From: an uncultured Chloroflexia bacterium
Lineage (GTDB): Bacteria > Chloroflexota > Limnocylindria > Limnocylindrales > CSP1-4
Length of the DNA: 64,000 nucleotides
Assembly: GCA_963819655.1 (NCBI GenBank)
Contig: CAWFXA010000003.1
Coordinates: 192,149-256,148, forward strand
Direction: 5' to 3'
A program made the position numbers and the translations under genes. Of the stretch, positions 10,554 to 20,387 are shown piece by piece. Numbering within the stretch: the first letter of the stretch is position 1; the number at the start of each line of letters is the position of its first letter. A model generated the notes under the pieces. The model did no database searches. It worked only from the letters and a program-made list of their open reading frames with translations, and had not been told where the DNA came from.

Positions 10554-10997
10554 ATGAGAGGCGACAGGGTCGAGGTGGTGGTCGACACCGGCGGGACGGT
10601 GCAGACATTCGAGATCGTGGCCACCCGCGCAGGCCGACGGATCGAGGTCACGACGGCGCGCGGCGTCGTCGAGGTCACCGAGGTGACGCGCGGCGGGACG
10701 CCGGTCCGCACAGGCCGGTTCATGTCGAGCCGGCTGATCGCGCTCGTCGAGCATCCGGCTCGGGAGGGGGATTCGACCGTCGAAGTCGTGACCCGTCGGC
10801 GGATCGGCGCGAAGGAACCAGGTGGCCGCCGCGGGCGGGCCGCCGAGAAGGCGCCCGGCCTGTTCGATCCGAGCGCGGCCGACCCAGTCGGCGCGGTCGA
10901 CCCGGACGTGAGGCCGCAGCCGAGGGCTGAGGCGTCGCAGACGTGGACGACACGGTCGCGACGGCTTGCGTCGGATGCACGCTACGACCGCGGATAG
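10554..10997 (+). CDS. hypothetical protein
   Basis: 147-aa ORF immediately after XdhC with a beta-strand-like N-terminus VEVVVDTGGTVQTFEIV. The C-terminal half is Arg-rich and low complexity. No recognisable family. Confidence 0.3.
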   Translation: MRGDRVEVVVDTGGTVQTFEIVATRAGRRIEVTTARGVVEVTEVTRGGTPVRTGRFMSSRLIALVEHPAREGDSTVEVVTRRRIGAKEPGGRRGRAAEKAPGLFDPSAADPVGAVDPDVRPQPRAEASQTWTTRSRRLASDARYDRG

Positions 10998-11204
10998 CAC
11001 CATCCGTGCCCGATTCGTGCGTCAGGCGCATGCCGCAGCGGCCGGCGCTCCGGTTTCATGCACCGACCGCCAGAATTGACGGCCGGGGCACCGGTGCGTG
11101 CCCGATCGGTGACAACCTGCATCGGACGCAGCCACTGAGAGCAGGCGGACGCGAGCCCGGAGACGACGTCCGACGCCGGTCGACGCATAGGCGAGCATCG
11201 GACG

Positions 11205-12651
11205 ATGCGGGACTCGCGTCGGGACGGATCGGGTCGCCGCGGTCGTCCTCGCGGCCGGCGCGGGCTCGCGCTTCGGCGGCGGCAAACTCCTGGCGCCGCT
11301 CGAGGGCCGGCCGATCCTCCAGCACGTGATGGACAGACTTGCTGCATCGGGGCTGGAGGACGTGGTGGTCGTCCTGGGCGACGACGCGGCCGATGTCGAA
11401 CGGAGCATCGACTGGCATGGTGCCCGCCGGATCCGGAACCCCGACCCGTCGCGCGGCTTGTCGAGCTCGCTGCAGCACGGGATCGAGGCGCTGGCACCGA
11501 GCGTCGATGCAGCGCTGATCGTGCTCGCCGACCAGCCGCGCCTCCCGCCGCGCGCGATCCGGGCATTGCTCGACGCCGAGGTCGACGCGGCGCGACCGAT
11601 CGTCGTGCCGGTCTACGGCGGCGACACCGGTCGCAACCCCGTCCTCCTCGGGCGGGCGGCGTTCGCGTTGGTCGCCGACGCGACCGGCGACCGCGGTCTG
11701 GGTCCGCTCATCGCGGCGAACGCGGAGCTGGTGCGGGAGATCCCTATCCGCGTCGAGGGCGGCAATCCGGATGTCGACACGCGGGCGGACCTCATCGGAT
11801 TACTGGAGACTGCCTGGGCGACGCGCGTGCGGGCGAATGCGGAGCAGGTCGATCGATTCCGCGAGGTCCCCGACGGCGCCGATTTCTACGCGCCGGTCAC
11901 CGGCCTGTTCCGTGCGGACCCACGCCGCACTGACGAGCCGGTGCTCGACGCGCTGCTCCGCTTGGTCCAGCCGGGCGAGACGTGGATCGATATCGGCGCG
12001 GGCGCGGGTCGGTACGCCCTGCCGATCGCACTCCGCCTGGCGTTGTCAGGCGGCCGGGTCATCGCGCTCGACGCGTCGCACGGGATGCTCGATGCGTTGC
12101 TGGACCTGCAGACGGAGCATGGCGTGGCCGATGTCGAGGTCATCGAGGGTCGCTGGCCACCGGCGGACGGGTCGTCGCTCGACCGCTATCGGGCGGACGT
12201 CGCCCTGATCGCCCACGTCGGCTACGACATCGAGTCGATCGGGCCATTCGTCCACGCGATGGAGTCGGTCGCGCGGCGGCTGTGCGTTGCCGTCCTGATG
12301 GAACGCCAGCCGTCGTCGATCGCCGATGCGTGCTGGCCGCCGGTCCACGCCGAGGCGCGCGTCGCGTTGCCGGCCCTGCCCGACTTCGTGGAGCTGCTGG
12401 AAGCGCGCGGGCGGCAGCCCGCGATCGAGATGCTCCAGCGCGAGCCTCGGCTGTTCGCGTCTCGCGATGAGCTCGCGGGCTTCCTGCGCCGGCAGCTGTG
12501 GATCGAGCCCGGCGGTGAGGCCGACGAGCGGTTCCAGGCTGCCCTCGACGATCTCGTCGTGGTCGACGCGCACGGCGGCGTCGGATTGCGCGGGCAGCAA
12601 CCACTGCCGATCGGGATCGTGACATGGGATCCCCGCGGAGAGGCGGCGTGA
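11205..12651 (+). CDS. MobA-like NTP transferase (molybdenum cofactor cytidylyltransferase MocA-like) fused to class I SAM-dependent methyltransferase; +1 frame break near 11218-11230
   Basis: Body frame encodes DRVAAVVLAAGAGSRFGGGKLLAPLEGRPIL (MobA/MocA signature) ... IVLADQP. C-terminal half carries MTase motif I WIDIGAGAGRYALP. ATG at 11205 is in the adjacent frame, and removing one G from cggGAcgg joins M-R-D-S-R-R-T-D-R-V-A-A-V-V-L-A-A-G. Confidence 0.7.
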
Positions 12652-12680
12652 CGAGCGCATCAGCACCGGACGGGCGGCCC

Positions 12681-13244
12681 ATGGTCGGCCCCTTCGATCG
12701 GGCGGGCTGGCGCGGCTGGCTCGGTGCCAATCACGCGGCGACCAAGGGCGCGTACCTCGTCTCGTGGCGGCGCGCGACCGGCCGGACCAGCGTGTCGTAC
12801 GAGGAGGCCGTCGAGGAGGCGTTGTGCGTCGGGTGGATCGACTCGTCCGGCAGGGTGATCGATGACGAGCGTTCGATCCAGTGGTTCGCGCCACGAAGGG
12901 CACGGAGCGTCTGGGCGCGCTCGAACAAGGAGCGGGTGGCGCGGCTGACTGCGGCCGGCCTGATGCTGCCGGCAGGGCTGGCCGTCGTCGAGGAGGCGAA
13001 GCAGTCGGGTATGTGGTCGCTACTCGACGCCGTCGAACAACTCATCGTGCCGGACGACCTGGGCGCCGCCCTGGCCGCCGTCCCGTCAGCTCGTGCGAAC
13101 TGGGAAGCGTTCCCGCCGAGCGCCCAGCGGGCGATGCTCCAGTGGGTCGTGGAGGCGAGGCGCCCTGAGACGCGTGAAAAGCGCATCGCCGACATCGCCG
13201 AGAAGGCGGCGCGCAATGAGCGCGCCTACCCGCCGGCTCCCTAG
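12681..13244 (+). CDS. YdeI/OmpD-associated family protein
   Basis: Motifs GAYLVSWRR ... RRARSVWARSNKERVARLTAAGLMLPAGLAVVEEAKQSGMW are typical of the YdeI-like family. The start could alternatively be GTG at 12624. Confidence 0.6.
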   Translation: MVGPFDRAGWRGWLGANHAATKGAYLVSWRRATGRTSVSYEEAVEEALCVGWIDSSGRVIDDERSIQWFAPRRARSVWARSNKERVARLTAAGLMLPAGLAVVEEAKQSGMWSLLDAVEQLIVPDDLGAALAAVPSARANWEAFPPSAQRAMLQWVVEARRPETREKRIADIAEKAARNERAYPPAP

Positions 13245-13672
13245 CGCTGCAGGTCGTCGATGGAGCGGAGCATCCGTTCGCCGCGGGTCATCGCCGCGAC
13301 TCGGGCGCCCTCCAGGATCAGCTCGCGACAGCGCTCCTCCGGGATTCGATCGCCGGGTCGGAATGTCAGCCAGCGCACCCGTTTCGTGATGCCCGCGCCG
13401 AGGAGCAGGCCGCGTGGATCGCGCATCGCCCAGCCGTGCTCGAAGCCGAGGTGGACGTGCTCGATCTCGGGTGCGACATAGGCGAAATACGCGAGCTTCT
13501 TGCCGATCGGGAGGTCGTAGCCGATCAATCGCCACCCCGGCCTGACCCGCTCGATGGCGTCCGGGACGGTGTTCATGACGATCGCGCGGAGCCGCTGCGC
13601 GATGGCCTGCATCGGGGGAGGGAAGTCCTCGAGCAGGGCCTCGGGCGGGATAGGTTCCATGGTCGGCATCAT
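13241..13672 (-). CDS. DUF1801 (YdhG-like) domain protein
   Basis: Only the C-terminal 143 aa of the long minus ORF is protein-like: MMPTMEPIPPEALLEDFPP ... LIGYDLPIGKKLAYFAYVAPEIEHVHLGFEHG. The upstream part of the ORF is an Arg-rich frame artefact. Confidence 0.55.
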   Translation of the reverse strand: MMPTMEPIPPEALLEDFPPPMQAIAQRLRAIVMNTVPDAIERVRPGWRLIGYDLPIGKKLAYFAYVAPEIEHVHLGFEHGWAMRDPRGLLLGAGITKRVRWLTFRPGDRIPEERCRELILEGARVAAMTRGERMLRSIDDLQR

Positions 13673-13722
13673 GGCCGATGTTGCACCCATGAGCGGCCGT
13701 CCGCGCCCGGCGGGCGAGCCGG

Positions 13723-14286
13723 CTAGCGCGCCACGCGGTAGCGGAGGTAGATGACTTTCGAGCTGAAGGTGCGGGTCTCGACGAGTTCGAGATCCACCCG
13801 GCGCTCGTCCCGAGGAAAGAACGGGATGCCACCGCCGACCAGCACCGAGTAGACCATGACCCGGTACTCGTCGATCAGGCCCGACGCGGCCACCTCGGAG
13901 GCCAGCGTCGCGCCGCCGATCGCGATGTCGCCGTCTCCTGGCTCGGCGCGCAGACGCCCGATCTCCTCTGCGATGCCGCCGGAGGCCAGGCGGGCGTTGC
14001 CCTGGACCTCTGACAGCGTGGTGGAGAACACGACCTTCGGCAATGGCTTCCAGAGCCCGGACCACTCGAGCTCGGCGTCGCCGAGCGTGGGATCCTCGTC
14101 GGCGGTCTCCCAGTACAGCATCGTCTCGTACAGCCGTCGGCCCATGAGGTGGACGCCGACCTCTCGGATCTCGTCGATCCAGAAGCGGAACACCTCGGTC
14201 TCGAACCCCGGCCAGTCGAAGCCGCCGTCCGGCCCGACGATGTAGCCGTCGAGTGACATGCTCATCGAATAGGTCACGCTGCGCAT
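13723..14286 (-). CDS. dihydrofolate reductase-like protein (RibD C-terminal domain family)
   Basis: MRSVTYSMSMSLDGYIVGPDGGFDW ... GRRLYETM ... VYSVLVGGGIPFF matches the RibD_C/DHFR-like family. Confidence 0.7.
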   Translation of the reverse strand: MRSVTYSMSMSLDGYIVGPDGGFDWPGFETEVFRFWIDEIREVGVHLMGRRLYETMLYWETADEDPTLGDAELEWSGLWKPLPKVVFSTTLSEVQGNARLASGGIAEEIGRLRAEPGDGDIAIGGATLASEVAASGLIDEYRVMVYSVLVGGGIPFFPRDERRVDLELVETRTFSSKVIYLRYRVAR

Positions 14287-14412
14287 CAGAAGTCCTCCTC
14301 GGTCACGGGCTCCACGATTCGATCGCCGGACGCCGCAGGACTACCGCTACGGACGACGACCAGATCGAAGTGTTCTGACTACGCTGGAAAGCAACGACTC
14401 GGCTGGCCATAC

Positions 14413-15096
14413 CTAGGCCCGCGGGTACCCCGATGCGTAGGCTCGCAGTTGTGTCGGCAGCGAATCGGCCGACTCCTTGTCAACGGCGAGTCGGAAGAAA
14501 AGCTCGTTCTCGATCCAAAAGCGGTACAGGAACTCTTCGAAGGTCTCCGAGCAGACAGTCATCCGGTCCGATGCATCGTCGACGTTCACGAGGCGAACTG
14601 GTTCACCTTCGCCGTTATCGAAGCCGAGCGGGTCCGGGGATACCACCACCGCTTCCGAGCCGTCAGGGCCGAGGTAGAGCAGCCAATGCAGAACCCATTG
14701 CTGGTCGGAGAGGAAATGGACGAGGATGCCACCGTCGCTCACCTCGACGCTGAAGTGTGCAAGGTCGAGGTAGCAAGCTGTCGCGGACCGGATGTGGCGT
14801 CTGGGTTCCGGGTCCTCGATGAACATGCGGAAAGACGGTGGGAACGAGAGCGACGGCGCAATCGCCTGCAGTCCCGCGGCATCAGCGTCCCGCTCTGCCG
14901 GATCGTCGAGCCCACGCCGAAGCGACCGATCGTGGGTTGGCGTTTCGAGTAGCCAGCCGAGGGTCGCATCAAAGGCTTGCTCTGTCGGCGACATCGAATC
15001 CAGCGGGATCGGCGAGTAAGTCGTCCAGCCTGGTTCGAAGATACCCGGCAGCGCGATGCTCTCCCATACCCGCGGAAAGCCCGGCAGAGCCGTCAT
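14413..15096 (-). CDS. hypothetical protein, possibly SMI1/KNR4 (SUKH-1) family
   Basis: 227-aa ORF in a locally lower-GC stretch. C-terminal MTVCSETFEEFLYRFWIENELFF and central GDGGILVHFLSD resemble SUKH immunity-protein motifs. Assignment is tentative. Confidence 0.35.
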   Translation of the reverse strand: MTALPGFPRVWESIALPGIFEPGWTTYSPIPLDSMSPTEQAFDATLGWLLETPTHDRSLRRGLDDPAERDADAAGLQAIAPSLSFPPSFRMFIEDPEPRRHIRSATACYLDLAHFSVEVSDGGILVHFLSDQQWVLHWLLYLGPDGSEAVVVSPDPLGFDNGEGEPVRLVNVDDASDRMTVCSETFEEFLYRFWIENELFFRLAVDKESADSLPTQLRAYASGYPRA

Positions 15097-15510
15097 AGCG
15101 CAAGACTACCGGCGCGGCGTGAGCAGCTGACCGATTCCAGGAGCACTGCGTTTGGGATAGGTGGGAGTAGCACCGCGGCTCTCGATCAGGACTAATCGTC
15201 GGTGGTGCCGTCACATAGCAATACGAAACGACTCAGGTCTCCGGTCGCGACCCTGAAGTACGCGGATGGGAGCGACCTAATGGCGCGCTGATCCGCTCTC
15301 AAAGGATCGCAAGGCCGTTTCTATCGACATACCGTCGGCCGCGGACGCGCGTTATGCGGTATCGAGGCGCCCTGCGGCCTTCCTACGGCTCAGGCGGCGG
15401 CCACAAGGCCATGGTGGTGCGCGTAGTTCACGGTCCCTCCACGGTCGTTCGCAGATGGCCGGAGCACCTCGTGCCGCGATCGGTTTGGTATCGGGATTCG
15501 CCAGGTCTCG

Positions 15511-15540
15511 TTGACATGTGACCATATGGTCACATAACAT
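15511..15540 (+). promoter_or_regulatory. sigma70-like promoter (TTGACA, 17 nt, ATAACA) with a perfect 20-bp palindrome ATGTGACCATATGGTCACAT in the spacer: candidate autoregulatory ArsR operator
   Basis: TTGACA at 15511-15516. Perfect inverted repeat at 15516-15535. A -10-like ATAACA/TAACAT follows at 15534-15540. ATG of the ArsR-family gene is at 15560. Confidence 0.5.
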
Positions 15541-15559
15541 CCGGCACGTGACGGACGAC

Positions 15560-16315
15560 ATGGCTCCGGTCTTCCGGGCACTCGGCGACGCCAATCGGCG
15601 CGTGCTGCTCGACCGGCTCTTCGAGCGCGATGGCCAGACGCTCGGCGAGCTGTGCGAGGCGTTGCCCGACATGACGCGGTTCGGAGTCATGAAGCACCTC
15701 GGGGTCCTGGAAACGGCCGGTCTGATCTCGACCCGACGCGCCGGTCGAGAGAAGCGGCACTACCTGGATCCCGTGCCGATCCGTTTCGTCCACGATCGAT
15801 GGACCGGCAAGTTCGCCGAATCGATCGTGGGCTCCATGACCGCTCTCAAGCGACACCTGGAGGCACCGATGGACACGGTCGATCACGTCTATTCCGTCTA
15901 CATCAAGGCACCCGCGGACCGCATCTGGCGCGCGATCACCGACGGCGACGAGACCGTCCGCTACTACTACGGCACGAGGGTCAGCTCGACCTGGGAGGTC
16001 GGGGCGGCGATCTCGTACACGTACCCGGATGGCAGCGTGGCCGCCGACGGATCCGTGCTCGAGATCGAGCCCGGCCGTCGCGTCGTGATGTCGTTCCACC
16101 CGCGCTGGGACCCCGACATCGAGGCGGCCGGTCCGATCAGGATGACCTGGGCGATCGAGTCCGGGGAGGGCGATGACAAGCCGTCGCGCCTGGTCGTGAC
16201 CTCAGCCCTGGTATCCGGGTCGAAGACCGAGCGCGAGTTCAGCGGCGGAGTCGTGTACATCGTGTCCGGTCTCAAGACCGCGATCGAGACGGGTGCCTCG
16301 ATGGCCGCGGCATAG
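15560..16315 (+). CDS. ArsR-family transcriptional regulator fused to SRPBCC (AHSA1-like) domain
   Basis: HTH region ALGDANRRVLLDRLFERDGQTLGELCEALPDMTRFGVMKHLGVLETAGLI followed by an SRPBCC-like domain. An in-frame GTG at 15518 or 15548 is an alternative start. Confidence 0.75.
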   Translation: MAPVFRALGDANRRVLLDRLFERDGQTLGELCEALPDMTRFGVMKHLGVLETAGLISTRRAGREKRHYLDPVPIRFVHDRWTGKFAESIVGSMTALKRHLEAPMDTVDHVYSVYIKAPADRIWRAITDGDETVRYYYGTRVSSTWEVGAAISYTYPDGSVAADGSVLEIEPGRRVVMSFHPRWDPDIEAAGPIRMTWAIESGEGDDKPSRLVVTSALVSGSKTEREFSGGVVYIVSGLKTAIETGASMAAA

Positions 16316-16553
16316 GCGTCGGAGGAGCGCCCAAGCCCGCTCGGGGTGGCGAAAAACCGGGCCGCGGGCCGTTGACGGTCCAACGACCCGGGACGATACT
16401 CGCTCGCAACATCGCCGCACCGCGGACCAGCGCGTCGAGGAGGACGCGACGGCCTCCGCGCCACCGTCATCGGACACGCTCGAGGCCTGTCCGGGCCGGA
16501 CAGGGCAGGCCCCACCAGCCCCCGCGGAGAGCGGGGAGGAGGGATGCTGCGCG

Positions 16554-17426
16554 ATGATCCCCGGTCAGTTCGACTATGTGCGTCCGGGCAACCTGGACGA
16601 AGCGCTGGCGATCCTCCGAGACCGCGAAGGCGAGGCCAAGCTCCTCTCGGGCGGCTACAGCCTGATCCCTCTCATCAAGCTCCGGCTCGCCCAGCCGGCT
16701 CTTCTCGTCGACATGCGCGACCTGACCGGGCTCGACGGCATCGTCGAGACCGACGACGAGCTTCGGATCGGGGCTCGCGCAACCCATCGCCAGATCCACG
16801 AGCACCCGGTGATGGCCCGCTATCCGATGATGCGCGAGGTGGCCGGCGGGATCGGGGACCCGCAGGTCCGCAACTGGGGCACGATCGGCGGATCCGTGGC
16901 CCACGCCGACCCAGCCAGTGACTGGCCGGCCGTCCTGCTCGCACGGCACGCCCACATCGTCTGCAGAAGTGGCAGTGGCGAGCGCACCATCCGTGCTCGC
17001 GACTTCTTCATCGACACGTTCCAGACCGCGATCGAGCCGACCGAAGTGCTCACCGAGATACGCATGAGCTCCCGCCCGAAGGGTGGCGGAGGTGCCTACA
17101 AGAAGCTCGAGCGGCGGGTCGGCGATTTCGCCACGGTGGGCGTCGCCGCAGCGGTGGTGATCGACGCCGGTGGTCGGATCGACACGGTCGGGATCGGCGT
17201 GACCGGCGTCTCGCCTTCGCCGTTCGTCGCGCTCGACGCCGAGGACATCCTGGAGGGCCAGGTGCCATCCGACGACCTCTTCCGTCGCGCGGCTGACGCG
17301 GCCGCCGCGCAAGCGGATCCCACAGCCGATGTCCGCGGGCCCATCGAGTACAAGCGCGGGATGGTCGCGGAGATGACGATCCGGGCCCTCCGGACAGCCG
17401 TCGAACGCGCCATGTCGGACGCGTAG
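16554..17426 (+). CDS. coxM: carbon monoxide dehydrogenase medium (FAD-binding) subunit
   Basis: [21 protein letters not shown] ... [16 protein letters not shown] (FAD-binding domain of molybdopterin dehydrogenases). GGAGG RBS upstream. First gene of the M-S-L order. Confidence 0.9.
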   Translation: MIPGQFDYVRPGNLDEALAILRDREGEAKLLSGGYSLIPLIKLRLAQPALLVDMRDLTGLDGIVETDDELRIGARATHRQIHEHPVMARYPMMREVAGGIGDPQVRNWGTIGGSVAHADPASDWPAVLLARHAHIVCRSGSGERTIRARDFFIDTFQTAIEPTEVLTEIRMSSRPKGGGGAYKKLERRVGDFATVGVAAAVVIDAGGRIDTVGIGVTGVSPSPFVALDAEDILEGQVPSDDLFRRAADAAAAQADPTADVRGPIEYKRGMVAEMTIRALRTAVERAMSDA

Positions 17427-17440
17427 GGCGAGGGACGACC

Positions 17441-17989
17441 ATGAGCACCCAGCACATCACGGTAACGGTCAACGGCGAGGCCCGCGAGGCCGACGTCGAG
17501 CCCCGCTTCCTCCTGGTCCATCTCCTGCGGGACACGTTCGGGCTCACCGGTACGCATATCGGCTGCGACACGAGCAATTGCGGCGCGTGCACGGTCCACA
17601 TCGACGGCGTCAGCGCCAAGTCCTGCACGATGCTCGCGGTCCAGGCCGATGGGCGCGAGGTCAAGACCATAGAGGGCATGGCCGACGGCGCCAACCTCCA
17701 CCCGCTCCAGCAGGCGTTCTGGGACCAGCACGGCCTGCAATGCGGGTTCTGTACGCCGGGGATGATCATGCAGGCCGCCTGGCTGCTCGGCGAGAACCCC
17801 GACCCGAGCGAGGAGGAGATCCGCGAGGGGATCAGCGGCAACCTCTGCCGCTGCACCGGCTACGTGAACATCGTGAAGGCGATCCGGCAGGCGTCAGGGC
17901 AGCTCAGCACCGACGAGTCGGCGCCGGTCGTCGCCGCCGAGACCACCGAAGGCCAGGCCGTGTCGGCCGAACCGGCCGCGGCCGGTTGA
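17441..17989 (+). CDS. coxS: carbon monoxide dehydrogenase small (2x[2Fe-2S]) subunit
   Basis: [11 protein letters not shown] and [10 protein letters not shown] ... CRCTGY cysteine motifs of the two [2Fe-2S] clusters. Confidence 0.9.
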   Translation: MSTQHITVTVNGEAREADVEPRFLLVHLLRDTFGLTGTHIGCDTSNCGACTVHIDGVSAKSCTMLAVQADGREVKTIEGMADGANLHPLQQAFWDQHGLQCGFCTPGMIMQAAWLLGENPDPSEEEIREGISGNLCRCTGYVNIVKAIRQASGQLSTDESAPVVAAETTEGQAVSAEPAAAG

Positions 17990-18005
17990 GTGGGGAGCAA
18001 CAAAC

Positions 18006-20387
18006 ATGACGATGACGGAACCCCGCACGACCCCCGAAGTCGGGGGTATGGGCCATTCGGTCAAGCGCAAGGAGGATCCGCGCTTCATCCGCGGCGCCGG
18101 CGAGTACATCGACGACGTCAACCTGCCAGGTCAGCTCTGGCTCGACATCGCCCGGTCGCCGTACGCGCACGCCACGATCAAGAGCATCGACACCAGCGAG
18201 GCCCTCAAGGTCCCGGGCGTGCTGGCGGTCATCACCGGGAAGGATCTCGAGGGCTACAAGCTCCACTGGATGCCGACGCTGGCCGGTGACATGCAGATGG
18301 TGCTCCCGACCGACACGGTGATGTACCAGAGCCAGGAGGTCGCCGCGGTGATCGCCACGTCCCGCTACGCCGCGGCCGACGGCGTCGAGGCGGTCCTGGT
18401 GGACTACGAGCCGTTGCCGGTCATCGTCGACCCGAAGAAGGCACTCGAGGCTGGCGCCTTCGTCCTGCGGCCCGACCGCGGTGAGGACAAGCAGAACAAC
18501 CACATCTGGCACTGGGAGTCGGGCGACGCGGCGAAGGCCGATGCGGCCCTCGCCGCCGCCGACGTCACGGTCAGCGAGGACATCTACATCCCGCGCATCC
18601 ACGTGGCGTCGATCGAGACGTGCGGCTGCGTCGCGGACTGGGATCCGGTGCGCCAGCAGCTCACCTTGCACATGACCAGCCAGGCGCCGCATGCGATCAG
18701 GACGGTCCTGGCGCTCGTGGCAGCGGGCGCTGGGTTACCGATCCTCGAACAGAACATCCGCGTGAAGACGCACGACATCGGCGGCGGATTCGGCGGCAAG
18801 GTGCCGGTCTACCCGGGCTACGTCCTCGCGGTCGCGGCCTCGTTCCTGATCGGCAAGCCCGTCAAGTGGATCGAGGACCGTTCGGAGAACCTCCAGGCCG
18901 ATTCGTTCGCCCGCGACTACCACATCCATGCCGAGATGGGCGCGACCAAGGACGGCCGCATCACCGGCCTCAAGGTCAAGACCATCGCGGATCACGGCTA
19001 CTCGGACGCGGCCGCCGACCCGAGCAAGTTCCCGGCGGGGTTGTTCAACGTGATCACGGGCTCGTACGACTTCGACGACGCGTTCGTCGAGGTCGATGGC
19101 GTCTACACGAACAAGCCGCCGGGCGGCGTCGCCTACCGCTGCTCGTTCCGGGTGACCGAGGCCGTCCACGCCATCGAGCGCATGGTCGACATCCTCGCGC
19201 ACGAGATCGGCAAGGATCCAGCCCAGCTGCGGATGGAGAACTTCATCCGCAAGGACCAGTTCCCGTACAAGACACCGACCGGCTGGGAGTACGACTCCGG
19301 CGATTACGCGCCGGCGCTCCAGAAGGCCATGGACATGATCGATTACGCCGGCCTCCGCAAGGAGCAGGCCGAGAAGCGCGACCGCGGTGAGCTGATGGGC
19401 ATCGGCATCAGCAGCTTCACCGAGATCGTGGGTGCCGGCCCATCGCACGACTTCGACATCCTCGGGCTAAAGATGTTCGACTCGTGCGAGATCCGGGTCC
19501 ACCCGACCGGCAAGGTCCTCGCGCGGATCGGCGTCCAGACGCAGGGCCAGGGCCACGAGACGACGTTCGCCCAGATCATCGCTGAGGAGTTGGGCTTCCC
19601 GGTCGGCGACATCAAGATCGAGTACGGCGACACCGACACGGCGCCGTACGGGCTCGGCACGTACGCCTCGCGGTCAACGCCCGTCGCCGGCGCGGCAACG
19701 GCGATGGCGTCGCGCAAGATCCGCGACAAGGCGCGCAAGCTTGCGGCGCACCTCCTCGAGGCGTCCGAGGACGACCTCGAGTGGGAGCCCGGCAAGTTCA
19801 GCGTCAAGGGCTCGCCGGACCGCTTCACGACCATCCAGGACATCGCCTTCGCCGCCTACACGAATCATCCCGCCGGGATGGAGGCCGGTCTGGAGGCGGT
19901 CGACTATTACGACCCACCCAACCTGACGTTCCCGTTCGGAAGCTACATCTGCGTCGTCGACATCGACAACGGCACGGGGCAGGTCAACATCCGGCGGTTC
20001 GTCGCGGTCGACGACTGCGGCAACATCATCAACCCGATGATCGTCGACGGCCAGATCCATGGCGGGCTGACGATGGGCCTCGCGCCGGCGTTGTATGAGG
20101 AGATCACGTACGACGAGCTCGGCAACAACATGGCCGGCACGTTCATGGACTATCTCATCCCGACGGCCGTCGAGACGCCCGCCTGGGAGCTCGAGAAGAC
20201 CGTGACCCCATCGCCACACCACCCGATCGGCGCCAAGGGCGTGGGGGAATCGGCCACGGTCGGCGCCCCGCCGGCCATCGCCAACGCCGTCGTCGACGCT
20301 CTGTGGCACCTCGGTGTGCGCAACATCGACATTCCGATCACTCCCCAGAAAGTATGGGCGATCCTGCACGAGAAGGGCATCAGCTGA
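18006..20387 (+). CDS. coxL: carbon monoxide dehydrogenase large (molybdopterin) subunit, form I
   Basis: 793 aa of the aldehyde oxidase/xanthine dehydrogenase molybdopterin-binding family. Active-site loop GGVAYRCSFRVTE (AYXCSFR) is diagnostic of form I CODH. Confidence 0.9.
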   Translation: MTMTEPRTTPEVGGMGHSVKRKEDPRFIRGAGEYIDDVNLPGQLWLDIARSPYAHATIKSIDTSEALKVPGVLAVITGKDLEGYKLHWMPTLAGDMQMVLPTDTVMYQSQEVAAVIATSRYAAADGVEAVLVDYEPLPVIVDPKKALEAGAFVLRPDRGEDKQNNHIWHWESGDAAKADAALAAADVTVSEDIYIPRIHVASIETCGCVADWDPVRQQLTLHMTSQAPHAIRTVLALVAAGAGLPILEQNIRVKTHDIGGGFGGKVPVYPGYVLAVAASFLIGKPVKWIEDRSENLQADSFARDYHIHAEMGATKDGRITGLKVKTIADHGYSDAAADPSKFPAGLFNVITGSYDFDDAFVEVDGVYTNKPPGGVAYRCSFRVTEAVHAIERMVDILAHEIGKDPAQLRMENFIRKDQFPYKTPTGWEYDSGDYAPALQKAMDMIDYAGLRKEQAEKRDRGELMGIGISSFTEIVGAGPSHDFDILGLKMFDSCEIRVHPTGKVLARIGVQTQGQGHETTFAQIIAEELGFPVGDIKIEYGDTDTAPYGLGTYASRSTPVAGAATAMASRKIRDKARKLAAHLLEASEDDLEWEPGKFSVKGSPDRFTTIQDIAFAAYTNHPAGMEAGLEAVDYYDPPNLTFPFGSYICVVDIDNGTGQVNIRRFVAVDDCGNIINPMIVDGQIHGGLTMGLAPALYEEITYDELGNNMAGTFMDYLIPTAVETPAWELEKTVTPSPHHPIGAKGVGESATVGAPPAIANAVVDALWHLGVRNIDIPITPQKVWAILHEKGIS

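Noticed and set aside
16544-16921. Alternative ATG at 16544 after GGAGG giving [12 protein letters not shown]...
   Set aside because: The product is Arg/Pro-rich with no similarity. The in-frame CoxM start [12 protein letters not shown] at 16554 matches the conserved CoxM N-terminus.
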